Below, in pieces: positions 45,076 to 58,145 of a DNA stretch of 64,000 nucleotides (positions are counted from its first letter, which is position 1; every line of letters starts with the position of its first letter). The stretch lies in assembly GCF_009914755.1 (NCBI RefSeq), contig NC_060929.1. The stretch is one strand, 5' to 3'. This DNA is from the human T2T-CHM13v2.0 reference genome, Homo sapiens. The position numbers and the translations under genes were made by a program. Below the pieces are notes generated by a model. That model saw only the letters and a list, made by a program, of their open reading frames with translations, was not told the origin of the DNA and did not search any database.

Positions 45076-45346
45076 ACTCTATATGAGGTGTTTGAATTTT
45101 ATAGCATGTTAAAACATTTTTTCTGCATGATATTCTTGACATATACAACATTTCCAAAACAGCAATGAACTCTCAGTAAAAAAGGGAAAGAAAATGGGAT
45201 TTGAAGACATCAATGGAAATTCAGAAAAGCTTTCCCATTTTCCAATTATTCATCCATTTCACTTCCTTTTCATGCTTGTATGAACCATTGTCTCTAATCC
45301 ACATTATAATGAATAATGAACCCTTAACCCCCAACAAAAGAAAAAT

Positions 45347-45356
45347 CACACACACA

Positions 45357-45404
<48 letters not shown>

Positions 45405-45419
45405 AGAGAGAGAGAGAGA
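45347..45419. repeat. Compound (CA)n(GA)n microsatellite
   Basis: About 27 CA units (one interruption) followed by about 9 GA units. Confidence 0.96.
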
Positions 45420-45439
45420 TAAATCTCTATAAACTTGAT

Positions 45440-45980
45440 GGTCTACATATATATTGCTGTCTAAAAAATTGTCAAGAATGAGGATAGATGGTTGAAAATA
45501 GTAGATTTTTCTTAAAATAATTAATATTGCTTATGAATCTTCAGTTTGGCCAAGTCTCAGCAAGGACAGCTTATCTGTGTTCTACGTCAACTGGAATAGC
45601 TCTATGAAGGATGGAAGAGCCATGATGTCTGGCAATTCAGTTGAATTGGGACAACTAAGTCAATCATGTCTGAGGGCTGGGGGGCTTAACTCCTTTCCAC
45701 ACAGGCCTATCCATAGGAGCAGCTCTATGGGCTGCTTGGGCTTCCTTGAGACTGATGCTTTGGTTTCAAGTGTGAACATCCCAAGAAAGCTGGAAAAAGC
45801 TGTGTGAAGCTTCATGACCATCTTCAGAAGTCACATACTGTCACTTCTCTTATATATTGTAGTTATGAGAGCACTCAGATTGAAGGGGAGGAAGGTAGGG
45901 AGACACCACTTCTCAAAAGGATAAGACTCAAAATCACCTTGTAGGAAGAATATTGTGGCCACCTTTAGAAAATATCTTCA
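45440..45980 (-). mobile_element. Old MLT1 (H-like) MaLR LTR
   Basis: ctcagcaaggacagcttatctgtgttctacg; gggctgcttgggcttcct; tcagaagtcacatactgtcacttct. Confidence 0.65.
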
Positions 45981-46735
45981 ACTGGTGTTGGCAATTTTCT
46001 TTATTAAGAAAGGTAATTAGTGCTTTGTGTTTGCTGGTTAAGGTGATGCCAGTTGGGCAGCAGAAAGTACAAGTAAGTAAAATTAAATAACAGCTTTTGC
46101 CACCCATTTGGGCTGAGATTTAAATAAGGAAATGAAAGCAGCAGTTGCCAAAGATAATCTAAGACTGACTTTTTGTTCGTCGTGCACATTCTTTTTTAAA
46201 ATCAAGTTTTCCCTAGGTGCAGTCTTGCTGTATATACATTTTAAAAGCATCTAGTTGAAGGTTGCAAGTTTTTATATTCCCAACAGTACGTGTGTTACTT
46301 CTTTCAGGAATACGCCTACTGGACTATATGAATGTTATTTCTGCAAATGTTTCTTTAAATCATACATTTTCTTTTTAGGATAGCATTGAACTGATTTTAA
46401 ACTGATTTCATTATGCTCCACTTAGGACCCTGGACGCTGCCTTTCACACCTAGGTGCTTAATAATGTGATTCGGTGATGAACTTCTATTAAAAAACCTTT
46501 CTAGAAGTCAAAATATTTCACTGTATTGTTTGGGTTACAGCATTTGACTAAAGTATTTTTTCTCTTTTATTCATTTAATAAATATTTATTAAGTATCCCC
46601 AAGGTCACAGTTTTTAATTATAGGCTTTAGGGGTGGAATAGAGGGAATCTCATAAATATATGATCTTTTTTTATTTTTGAAATTATGTAAGGTCCAGGGC
46701 AGATGATATCATTTAAATCTAGGTATTCAACTTAA

Positions 46736-47296
<561 letters not shown>

Positions 47297-49530
47297 TAAT
47301 CACTTTAATTTTCCTTTCATTTATCTATTAAAATTGGATTTGGGCAACAAACTAAGATTACTTATGAGAGAAGCTTTTGTGTATTTAAAACACCACTTTC
47401 CTCACTGTTTGAAATACGCATTTTCCCACGTATCCCATAGAGACCAATCCTGCTTAGGCCACTGTGAGTGACATGACCATTATAAATTATTCTTTCTTTA
47501 AGAGTAATTTTCTAGAATGGCTATCTAAATCCATGTAGAGTATCAACCTGAAAGCAATAAGGTTGCATTTCTCTAGCTATAAATTAAATAATTCAATTTT
47601 CACCATATCAGTCAGACACTGAGTCTTTTCTCCAGTCCCCAAGTCAGATTAATATTTTGAATTTCTAATGATATTATAGTGTCTATGTTACCCCTTCCCC
47701 AAAGGGTCTCCTTCTTTAATTTTTGAGGAGAAAGAGTGTGTGGCTTGTCTATCCCTAATCCTTGTCCTGCCAGTGGCTCGCCTGTGTCTACGGCCAGTGC
47801 TTATATGCAGCAACTGCGCACATCTCGATTCTGCTCCCTGTGAAGGTGGCATGCTACTTCAGTGGTGTAAGGTGGACTGGCCATTTATTTTACCTCAGCT
47901 GATATGCTAAGAAAGATCTTTATTTCTCCTACAAGCAAATTCTTTTTTTCTTCAACTAAAAAAATGGTAATAAGCTATATTTAATTGTTTGTTTTCTTTT
48001 TAATTGATTGTACTAAATAAACATTGTTGTACATATCTGGGCAGTGCAGGTACTGCCTTGGCACCCTCCTTTAAATGTGGATTATGTTTTTAACGGCCTC
48101 TAAATCTTTCAGTGGGAGAACATTTACTCAACTGGAGGTTAGGTGAGATTAATGTTCTTTTGCCTATATTGATTTCTCTTATTAATCCAAATACACATTT
48201 TTTTCCTTGCAACTTATTTGAATTGCTATTTGGATACAAGTGAAGTTAGAATTTGATTTTGTAGTGATCCATATCAACCTGAAATGATAGGATTAGAGCC
48301 AATATGTTATAGTTTCATAAATTTGCTGATAAAGTGGGTTACTGAAGCTTGTGTTGCTGTTGCCATATGTTGAATTGTTTACTGCTGTAGTGAACAATCT
48401 ACATGAACTAACGGAGTCTCCTGCCTATGATGGAAAAACAAGGTCTCTAGAGAAATTAATGTGGATAAAGGGGTTGTTATTGGGGTGATGATTAGATCAG
48501 AGGGCAAAAGTGGGTGTGCTGGCATTTAAGATGTAAAAAAAAATAGAGATCTTTTGTAAAGCTTATTCTTTGTACTTAATAAATTACCATTATACTAAAA
48601 TTCACTTGTAGAACAGGGATTTGTTCATCCCGTTCTCCATTTTCTGAGTTCACCTGTCCCCGTATCTTCTCTAACTCTATTGGATACAGCCTTTCTCACT
48701 CTCTGGCAGTAAGTATATAGCACCAACACACACACTGACTCTTTACAAGCATCACAGGTTATTTTGAAATAATTGGCAATAAATATACCAGACGTCTAAA
48801 TTACTTACTAATAATTTAGAATGGAAAAGGAAACTGTATTGACTCACTGACCTTGTAAAACTCCTGGAGATCGTTAAAGTGAAATAGGTGAAAACTATTA
48901 ATTCACTGTTACCAGGTAACATCAGACAGAGTAAGTCATCTATCCCTAGAAGAACTGAGTTAAAATAAAAAATTATATTTAAAATCCTACTCTTCTCTCC
49001 AAATAGTAATTAATGTGGTAGGGTGTAAACTGATACTTATTTTCACACAAGCTGTTTTCCTTAAACTGCATAATATTTTCTTATAAATAGTTACAAATCT
49101 TAGGAAATATGACTATTTTCTTTGTTTCTAAATTCTGTGTAAATAACTTATTTAGCTGATTTTTAAATTTCTGACTTTTAGACAACAGTTTTGTTTCTTA
49201 TTTCTCTAAAAGGGAGCAAACAATCCAATAACCTGAAAATTGTCCTGCTCCTTTCAACTTAGCTTTTGCTTCCAAGTGTGAGAAAGTAACTTGTTTGTGC
49301 TTAGGGAATACTGTTGAGCAACAGTTGTCTCTTTTGTCCCTGTCAAATCAATCAGCAAATTCTGTAAAAGATGCAGCCTAGTCAATTGCATCAATTAGGG
49401 TTGTCATGAGGTGTGAAGTTGGAGACAATGTTCACATTTGAACAGAAACAGTGAAAAATAAACATTATTTCAGAATGTTACGATTTCATCATTGTATTTC
49501 TAACTTGAATTTCAAATAGAAACTACAGAA

Positions 49531-49650
49531 CACTGTAGTCCCAGCTACTTGGGAGGCTGAGTCTGTAATGCACTATGCTTGTGCCCGTGAATAGCCACAG
49601 CACTCCAGCCTGGGCAACACAGCAAGACCCTGTCTCTAAAAATTTTTTTA
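49531..49650 (+). mobile_element. FAM-like (fossil Alu monomer, 7SL-derived) with internal deletion
   Basis: ctgtagtcccagctacttgggaggctgag joined to ...gtgaatagccacagcactccagcctgggcaacacagcaagaccctgtctct (gtgaatagccac is 7SL/FAM-specific). TSD AGAAACTACA at 49518-49527 and 49652-49661. Confidence 0.75.
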
Positions 49651-50229
49651 AAGAAACTACAAGACAAAAGCAGAAAAAGTATGGTCAATAGCTTTGCTTT
49701 CTACCATTACAAAGTGTATTTTTAACTTTTCCTAAGAAATATTAATTGGATAAAATAAGGCTACCACAGGATGAATGAATGATTTTATTCTTTGTCAGAG
49801 TTTTGCACTAATATCTCAAATCAGATATAAAACCATATAGCAAAATGAATTTTATCAAGAAGTGGCATGTGTTTTAGAAGAGTATTGTAACATCTTTGAA
49901 GTAATGTGCTTCTTCATCCTGACTTGGGAGTTGTCTTTTGAGTTTGGTTTATATTTATATTTATATTTAAAATAAAATATTAATGTTATACATAACATTT
50001 ACATTTTAGCCACAATTGCATTCATTAATTTTGTTTTATTCAAAGTTGTGAACGCTGAACTTAACATTAAAAATATATTTCAACTTGACCTGCAATTGTG
50101 AAGAGATTTTCTACCTGCTTCCTTTTAGTTACTTTATGCCAAGTGTGGTTTGGAGCACCTCATATGCTAACTCCTTTAATCCCAATCAGCATTGTGAGAA
50201 ACTGACTATAGAAAAGACCGCATTAGATA

Positions 50230-50560
50230 AGGAGAAATAGACAGAGAAGGCTCCTCGGTCACCAAATGAGTGGCAAAAATGAGATTTGAAACCAGGCAGC
50301 CCCATTCTGGAATCTCTGTTTAATGCTAAACAGGGCCACCTCTCAGGGTGCAGAATAATTATAGCTACAATTTTGTACTTCCCATCACTTGGCCAGAAAA
50401 TGTAATTTCTCTGCAATAGTTTGCTTAATCCTCACAGCAGACCTGCAAGATAAGGAAATTAACTTTCCTTAAAGACAAGAAAATGTTGGTTCAGAATGCC
50501 GCATGACTGTCCCACTTGCCCTAAATTATGTCACCGAGTGCCAAGCATAGAACAGAAATT
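50230..50560 (-). mobile_element. Two MIR fragments
   Basis: gagatttgaaaccaggcag...ctggaatc and taatcctcacagcagacctgcaagat...aaagacaagaaaatgttggttcaga. Confidence 0.55.
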
Positions 50561-50859
50561 GGAGCTACACTACCCTTAGCCCTTAGATGCTTCAATCAAT
50601 TATTCCAAAAGTTTAAAATGTTACTATTATTATTTTCCCTTTTAAAAAGTTACAGTGCGCGTGAAAAACAGATTGTGAGCAGACATCAGCAAGAAGAGGA
50701 TGAAGAAGCAATGGAAGCTATTGTTGCAAACCACATGAAGGGTGCCATTTTGAGTAACTGCAGAGTGTTGCCAGGAGCAACACCCACAAAATGAAAGTAA
50801 TTCAGTAAATTCTTATAATTTTTTGTTGCCTTGACATTCGTTTTGAATGTGGTTTGGCT

Positions 50860-52080
50860 TTCTCATATCAGAAGCAAGGCTCAGTTACCCTTGTTTTTAT
50901 ACTACACCCAAATGGCTCAAGCTGGTGGCCAGAGATGAAAACTTACAGGTTCCCCATTTCCTCTAGTCTCGATGGATTACCTGGTAGCCTAACCTGGCCC
51001 TCATTTCTGAGGGGTCTGAGCCCTGGTCACCATGCCATGGTTGCCACATTAGCCAATTCATCAGCAGCAGCAGTTAAAGAGAAGTAAGAAAGGCTCCAGT
51101 GGGTCATCTGTCCCTAACCCATGCCTATTTTTCTGATTGTAATACAGCAGCAGTATTTCCTTCCGATGATGAGGATCAACCACTCTCGCCATGATAGTGT
51201 CTCATTTTCTTGTCTGTTATTCACAAGACAAAAAGACTCCAACTATTTGCAACCTGGTAATGTAGTTTTCTTGTAACTTTAGGTTCAATCCTGGATATAA
51301 CATTCAGACTTACAATAGATTATGGCGGGGTTCACCTAACCTGTTGGCTTGGGGAGCTTACTAGAAGTCAGCTCATGATGGGCAGCTCTGGCTGTTTGGT
51401 CATTTGGTGTCCCATGTTCAAGAGCTCCATTTCAACCAGGGCCTACTAGCATACTAGGTGTAGGTTGTCAAAGGTGTTTAACCATTTGCTGCAGCTGTAT
51501 GGCTAGTGCATCAGATACCTACAAGGCTGTGTTGTTACTTCCCATTAGAGCTTTGAATAAATACCACATGGTGCTATTCTCCCACCATCGATACCTCTAA
51601 AGCATTGGTTCTCAACTGGGATAAGTTGCCATTTATGGGAAATTGGAGAATGTCTAAAGATACTTTAGATTGTTACAACTTGGGAGGAGAGTGATATCAC
51701 CACATAATGGGTGGAGGCCAAGAATGCCACTAACCATGTGACAATGCTCAGGCCAGCCCACCCAGGACGATAAATGAGCCAGCCTGAAATGTTGGTAGTG
51801 CCAAGGTTGAAAAACCCTGCTCTTATGCCATAGGAACTACCAGCTTTTGTGACTAAAGTGTCACTTTTACTCCGGACAAGTCAGGATTTGTGGCAGAGAC
51901 CTTTCTGCTCTGGGTCCCACATAAAGCTGGTAGACCTTCACACTATCTGGCTAGTGAGCAATGGTAGTGCCCCTGGGTTTTGGATTTGCTGCTTTACTAA
52001 CCCTAAGAGGCCTGCCGTATGCTGTGAGTCTTTCCTTGTGGTGGGAGTTGCCTGAGCCAGCAATGATTGAACTTTTATTT
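50860..52080 (-). mobile_element. ERVL/MaLR-class internal pol relic (RT thumb/connection to RNase H)
   Basis: The minus strand gives PTTRKDSQHTAGLLGLVKQQI (compare ERVL PTTKKEAQRLVGLFGFWRQHIP) near 51980-52050 and GHQMTKQPELPIMS* (compare HQVTMRPELPIMNW) near 51370-51415. Confidence 0.7.
51603..51819 (+). mobile_element. MER20 (hAT-Charlie) DNA transposon
   Basis: ca(g/t)tggttctcaac ... gtagtgccaaggttgaaaaaccctg. Degenerate 8-bp TSD ctctaaag/ctcttatg. Confidence 0.82.
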
Positions 52081-52169
52081 AAGGTAAACAGTCAATATGC
52101 TCTTAAAAATTTATAAAATGAGAAAAATATATTTTATTATTTTCCTATAAGTTTATCTATTTGGCTTTC

Positions 52170-52530
52170 TTCATTTCTTTAAATAGGCTCAAACTTCCAT
52201 CTGGTATCATTTTCCTTTTGCCTGAAAAGCTTCTTTTGACATTACCTATAGAATAAGTCAGCTGGCAACGAATTCTCAGAATTTCTGTTTATTCAAATAT
52301 ACTTTTAATTTGCCTTGATTATTGAACGAGACTTTTTCTGCATGTATAATCCTAAGTTAATTTTTTTCTAGCACCTTGAAGATGTGATTTAGTATCTAAT
52401 ATTTTTTGGCTTGAATATATTCTAATAAAAAGTCCGTAGTAAATATTGTCTTTGTTTAGCTGGACATGTTTCTGTTTTTCTTTCAAATGACCTTAAGGGT
52501 TTCTATCTTGTTCTGTGTTTTTAGGCATTT
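52170..52530 (-). mobile_element. Old L1M ORF1-region fragment
   Basis: ttccatctggtatcattttccttttgcctgaaaa...ctggcaacgaattctc. Confidence 0.55.
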
Positions 52531-52884
52531 AAAGTGTTTTAGGCAATTTAAAAGTTGCCTAAAGACATTGTTGAGAGCGTGATGGTTATGAGCAAAAACA
52601 AAAGTGATCCAGTGATGATACTGAACTTTCAAGCATTAAAAAAATGCAATTAAATAAATATTCTACCTATAATGGAACTTTCTTGAGGTAAAGATAGATT
52701 TGAATCTGAAGATCAAAGAGTCATATCACATGGCAGGAGATACAGGTGGGTGGTGAGGATTCCAAGACAGACCTGGCAACAAAGAGACATGTCTTGGTTA
52801 GATGATAAGGATTCACATATTGAGGGAAATATTAGTGTGGCCTCAAAAATAGCTCCACATTCTGAAAAAGGAGAAAGGCATCTA

Positions 52885-53177
52885 TTTTATTTTTAACTTT
52901 TATTTTAAGTTCGGGGGCACATGTGTAGGTTTGGTACAGAGGTAAACATGTGTCACAGCGGTTTGTTATACAGATTATTTCATCACTTAGGTTTTAAGTC
53001 TAGTACCCAATAGTTACCTTTCCTCATCCTCTCCTTCCTCTCACCCTCCAGCCTCCGATAGGCCCCAGTGTGTGTTGTTCCTCTCTATGTGTCCATGTGT
53101 TCTCATAGCTTCCACTTCTAAGTGGGAACATGCCGTATTTGGTTTTCTGTTCCTGCATTCGTTTGCTAAGGATAATG
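52885..53177 (-). mobile_element. 5'-truncated L1PA (about PA11-13) 3' end
   Basis: ttttattttaagttcgggg...acagattatttcatcac...ggccccagtgtgtgttgttcc...tttgctaaggataatg, flanked by atcta on both sides. Confidence 0.85.
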
Positions 53178-53607
53178 ATCTACAAATTTCTGAGGAAAGT
53201 GCATCCAAGGAGTTTTATATTCATCCCAATTATCCTTCAAATGTTAATTCAAAAGACATTCCCTCTCAGTGTTTTATGATTTTAGGGATACTTGGTAATC
53301 AATACGGAATATAATAATGTGACATCTGATAAAAAATGGTACATGCTTTCAAAGAGAGAGCTAAGGCTAAATAATTGTATTTTTATATAGTACAATGCAC
53401 ATAGTATAGATAATGAGAGCAAGATAATTATATAAATAAAATTAGTTTCAATGTAACAAAAGGTTGAAATAAGTATAAATGCAATTGTTTCTCCGTTTAT
53501 CATAGCAGGGAGCTGGGCACTAAGTAGTGCCTAAAATTAAAGATTTTGATCCCTTGATTTTTTTGTCAATCATTTTTTTTAACTCTAAGGAGATCCCCTA
53601 GTGACTA

Positions 53608-53663
53608 AAATTTTACTTGATAAAAAATAATAGACATTTAATTATGAGGTGCACCATTGCCAC

Positions 53664-53694
<31 letters not shown>

Positions 53695-53806
53695 AAACTA
53701 CAAGAAAACCAGGACATATTATCAAAACACCCTTGACTGTAAGAGGTACTTTGATTTCAAAGAGCGTAAAATGTGAATAATTGGAAGTCTTTAACTGGTG
53801 GAAAAA
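53608..53806 (-). mobile_element. MER96B-like hAT element containing a (CAA)n run at 53666-53693
   Basis: gactgtaagaggtactttgatttcaaagagcgtaaaatgtgaa resembles recalled MER96B text. (AAC)9 microsatellite inside. Confidence 0.45.
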
Positions 53807-54804
53807 TCCTTTTGGTGAAGAAATATTTAACCAAAGTTCAGAAATTCCTTTAATTCTACATTAATATCTACATATTATATTTGAGTAACCTTAAGTGTAC
53901 ACTTAAGTGTAAGCTCTTTATTTACATTAATATTGTATAATGCTATGTATATTTATTCATTTACTCCTATGTGTTAAATGTGTCTATCTGTCTTCCTATC
54001 TCTCTGTCTATTCATTCATCTAGCTTTCTATCTCCATATATATTTCCAGCCACAGAAAAATGTGTGCTAATTGCCTTTATCGCATAATAGCAAAGATTGT
54101 CTTGTGTGGTTTTCTCTAATGCAGGGTAATGCAGTTTTTGTTTCCTTTGATTTTTTTCCTTGCCTTGAAATTTTTGTGATAAACAGCTACCAAATTTGCA
54201 AAAACATCATTATTCCTAGAAAAATTTCTTTCTATACAGGAATAACAATATAAAAAGATGTGTCACCATTTTTTCTCACAAGGCATTAGTGCATTAAGTA
54301 CCAATTGCAGAGATTTGTTCTGATTTGAATAGGTGTGACCCTTGCATATCTAATTTGATGTTCAGACAATTTCTTTACTGTTTTTGCCTCATAACATTTT
54401 GAGATGTGTTCACATGTGTGTGGACAAACACATACTCTTTATTTCCACTGTTCTATATCTGGAAAATCACTGTGAAACAATTCTCAGAAAGCTGCAAAGA
54501 AGTAGCGGAATATAGAGTATAGTGTTTTCAGGCTGCTGAAATGCTGATGGACATTTTTATTGCTTTATCTTCTTGCTGATAGATTGATTGCTCAGTCTAA
54601 GGCAAATCATAAGAATCTCTGATCCCGGTTAGTCAGTCAATGTACTGCCTCAGAGAAACGCCTGTCAAGTGAAGGTTATCATTGATAAATGACTTCTGTG
54701 AGTAATAATCAAACTTTAATCACAAGTAAATAAACCAATGAACAGATAATTATTGGTCTACCTAATTAACTTTGAATTTCAGCCAAATCAGGAGGGACAT
54801 GAGA

Positions 54805-54945
54805 AACAGAATTCTCATGTTGCCACTTATTAAAAATGCATTCCTGGGGAAATAATTTAACTTCTCAAAATATCAGTCTTTTCATCTACAAAAAAATTAT
54901 TGTTGTGAAGAATAGATGAGAAAATGTATGAAAGCATTAGCAAGA
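54805..54945 (+). mobile_element. MIR
   Basis: tttaacttctc...tcagtcttttcatctaca...ttgttgtgaagaatagatgagaaaatgtatgaaagca. Confidence 0.65.
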
Positions 54946-55749
54946 TAATTTTTACGTGTATATATGTGTATAAACATTTATTTTCTTAGTGAGCACTATG
55001 TATATGAACTTCTATCTACACAAACCAAGAACAAGATAACATTTTCCATTAACCAAAGCATGACAATGGGCAAAGAAAGGCAATAAATCTACTTCAGGAT
55101 TGGCAGGACCGCCACATAAAGCAAGGAACTGCAGTGGTATTCCCACCTTGAGAAAAATGGAATTACAGAAGGCGCAGAGACAGCACTCAGCGGAAAACTG
55201 GACCACAGCACTCACTCTCCTGGGGACGCCATCTCCACCAGCCCTGTGCATTTTATAGCCCCAAGCTGCCACATTAGGACCTGCTCAGAACTGTGGTATT
55301 CTGGCGATCTGGAGAATATACCACAAAACAACCAGATGAGAAAACACATCCTCAAGGTTATCTTCAAATACAAAACTTCCCTTAATATTTGCTTGTATAC
55401 AAAACATTAATAACATGTAACATAGGCAATAAGCACAAGAAATTGAATTCAGGTAGGAAGGTAAAAGCTGAAAGTATTGAGGAAAAAGGGAAATAAGTAT
55501 ATGTATAATACACAAATAGATAATGGAAGGAATATTATCTAAAATAAAGCAGTGTCTATGAAACAAAGCCAGAGGAATTGGATAGAAAACCTAGGCAGAA
55601 ATAATGGAAAGAAAAATGAAAGAAAGCAAAGAACTACAACTCTGGACCTTCATTCTTTCCACAAATCTTCCCACGTGTGACAAAAACATTCACAGATCTT
55701 TGCACTTGTGAACTATGGCATTGTTTTACTAATATGTTAAGTTTATGGC

Positions 55750-55900
55750 AGGAAGATCTGGATACGAATTCTGGGCTTCACTTACATGTCATGTGAGTTT
55801 GGAGAAGTACCTAACTTCTACCACTTCCATTTCCTCATTTGGATATCATTAAAAATAGTAACTCAGTGGGTCACATTGAAGATTAATCAGCTAATGCAGT
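55750..55900 (+). mobile_element. MIR
   Basis: gatctggatacgaattctgg...tgtgagttttggagaagtacctaacttct...atttcctcatttg. Confidence 0.6.
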
Positions 55901-56061
55901 TGATTTCATGGTAAGCCCATAATCTTAACTTTAGTGTTAACTTTAATGTGTTGTTAGACTTTAATGTTTACTGATTTGACAGTGTCTAGCCTTGAAATCA
56001 GCCTTCTCAATTAGTCGTCGCATGAGTACTTATTATTTTCATGAACAATGAACTCATTACT

Positions 56062-56094
56062 TGTGTGTGTGTGTGTGTGTGTGTGAGTGTGTGT
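56062..56094. repeat. (TG)n microsatellite
   Basis: TG run with one interruption. Confidence 0.93.
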
Positions 56095-56109
56095 ATGTTT
56101 TTACCCATT

Positions 56110-56722
56110 GTGAAGACATCTTTCCTTCAAGAAGGAAAATTAAATAATTACTCCCAAGTTTAAAATTCCTGACCTATACCTCTTCCAGCCAAGCTAGTAT
56201 ATCCGAAAATGGCAGTCTGCCTTCTTGTTGTGATCTGATCTAGAGGGGAAGAACAAAAGCCCCTTTCTCAAGCCCTAGCTTACCTGACTTTCAGCAGAAC
56301 AGCAACAAGAGACCCTAGAAACTGTTAGCCACAGTTTCTGCTTCAGGGAGCCAGGGACTTCCCTGAAGCCCTCCATGTGCAGTTAGGACTAAAACTCAAC
56401 TTATGGTTACTCCTTGTTCATTTTAATGCTAAAAAATCATACCCAAAGGAGGAAACTTAAAATGCCAATGCTACAGGAAATGTGTAAAGAAGCATGTAAA
56501 ACCATTCTCCTATGCATGCCCTGATAATACCCCTCCCCCTAGGAAGGCCCTATAAAATTAACTCCCACACTTCTTTCAGGGAGAAGCCCACACCTTTTCC
56601 TTCCTCAGTGCTGACTCCCTTGTGCACAAGCTAAATAAATATTCTCTTAACTGCTATACCTGATAGTCTTTTCTCATTATTTATCTCCTGGGAGACTGCA
56701 AGAACCCAAGATACCCGTAACA
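56110..56722 (+). mobile_element. ERV1-class solo LTR (subfamily uncertain) retaining TATA and poly(A) signals
   Basis: U3-R-U5 layout: TATAAAA at 56551-56557, AATAAA at 56634-56639, 3' end ...caagaaccca...gtaaca. The 5' boundary is approximate. Confidence 0.65.
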
Positions 56723-57614
56723 TATCTTTCATAGATTCTGCAAATCATTATTGATAACATGACAAAATTGTCAAGATAAGAAGCTTGCACAAACCGTTGT
56801 ACTTTTTATATATATGTTGCTTTGTTTTCTCAATGTGCTCCTAACTGCTAATACACAGACTAGTAAATATGGGTGCTAAATCATGTTGATTTAATTAATA
56901 AATGAAAAAAATCATAAAGAACATTGTATGCAATTCTTCCATAATCAAGAATATTCTGACACATTTATTATTTCAGGCTTCATTTGGACTTTTATGTATT
57001 TCCTGGGTAATAGATTAGAACATGGTTCTTAGAAACATTACTGCATTATTATTGTGAAGTTCTGAAATTTACACAATATATAGGGTTTTTAAAAATTTTC
57101 AGTTAATTTAATAGTTCCTAGTAAATAGCTTTATGAATTAAACACCTTTGTGGAATATCTAGCTCTATCTCTCTGAACAATGTGTCAATGCTTTTTCTTT
57201 CAGATATTACTTTTATTATTTCTGTATAAAACGAGTTTCAGAACTCAACATATTTCAAAAAGTATATATATTTTAATAAATATTTATATAAATATATATT
57301 TCAATACATATATATTGAGGTTTTTGTTTTTTCACACATATTTTGAATATTCAAGGCACTTGATCATATCAACGCAAAAATACTTATAACTGAACAGAAA
57401 AGTTTTCACCTTATTCTCTCTCCAACAGATTTGTGTGTCTGACTATTAAAAGGCTGCTTTAGATTTGTTTTGTGTTGTGAATTATTAGCATCTTGATGTT
57501 CTTTAAAATAATTAGCAGGGAAAATGTATTTAGATATATATTTACATAGAAAAATTATGTTAAAGACTACATATTATATGCGCAGTGTGTGTGTGTATAT
57601 ATATATGCCACATA

Positions 57615-58145
57615 TATATATGCCATAACGAAGTACCAGATACTTATTCTGTGGCTTAAAACAACAATAATTTATTCTTTCAAAATTCTGGAGGCTAGCA
57701 GTCTGAAATCAGGATGTTGGCAGGGCCATGCACTCTTGGATGGCGCTAGAGGAGAACCCTCCTGGCTTCCTTCAGCTCCTCCTGGTGGCAAGCTTTCCTT
57801 GTAATGAGAAGGAATTGCAGCCAACAGGAGGAGCTGAAATATAAGATAGGCTGAAACACAAGATACGCTCCTTGCCTTGCTGATGCACCACTCCGGTCAT
57901 ATGACCATCTTCTCCCGAAGTGTCTTCATGTCATGTCATTTTTACCTTTGTACATGTGTTTCTTTGTCTGAGTTTCCCCTTTTTAAGAGGACACTAATCA
58001 TATTAAATTGAGGCTCACACTAATGGCCTCATTTTTACTTGATTTTCTCTGTGAAGACCCTATTTCCAAACAAGATTCTATTTTGAGATAGTGGGGTTTA
58101 GGACTTCACTATGTCATTTGGTGCCACACAATTCAAGCCCTAACA
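57615..58145 (-). mobile_element. MLT1B-like MaLR LTR with a non-consensus internal insertion
   Basis: tgccataacgaagtacca...ggcttaaaacaac...ttctggaggctag...gaagaccctatttccaaa...acaattcaagccctaaca. Confidence 0.8.

Noticed and set aside
47765-47885. CTCF or NRF1 site in a small GC-richer patch
   Set aside because: Only partial matches (gaaggtggca; tgcgca), too weak to call.
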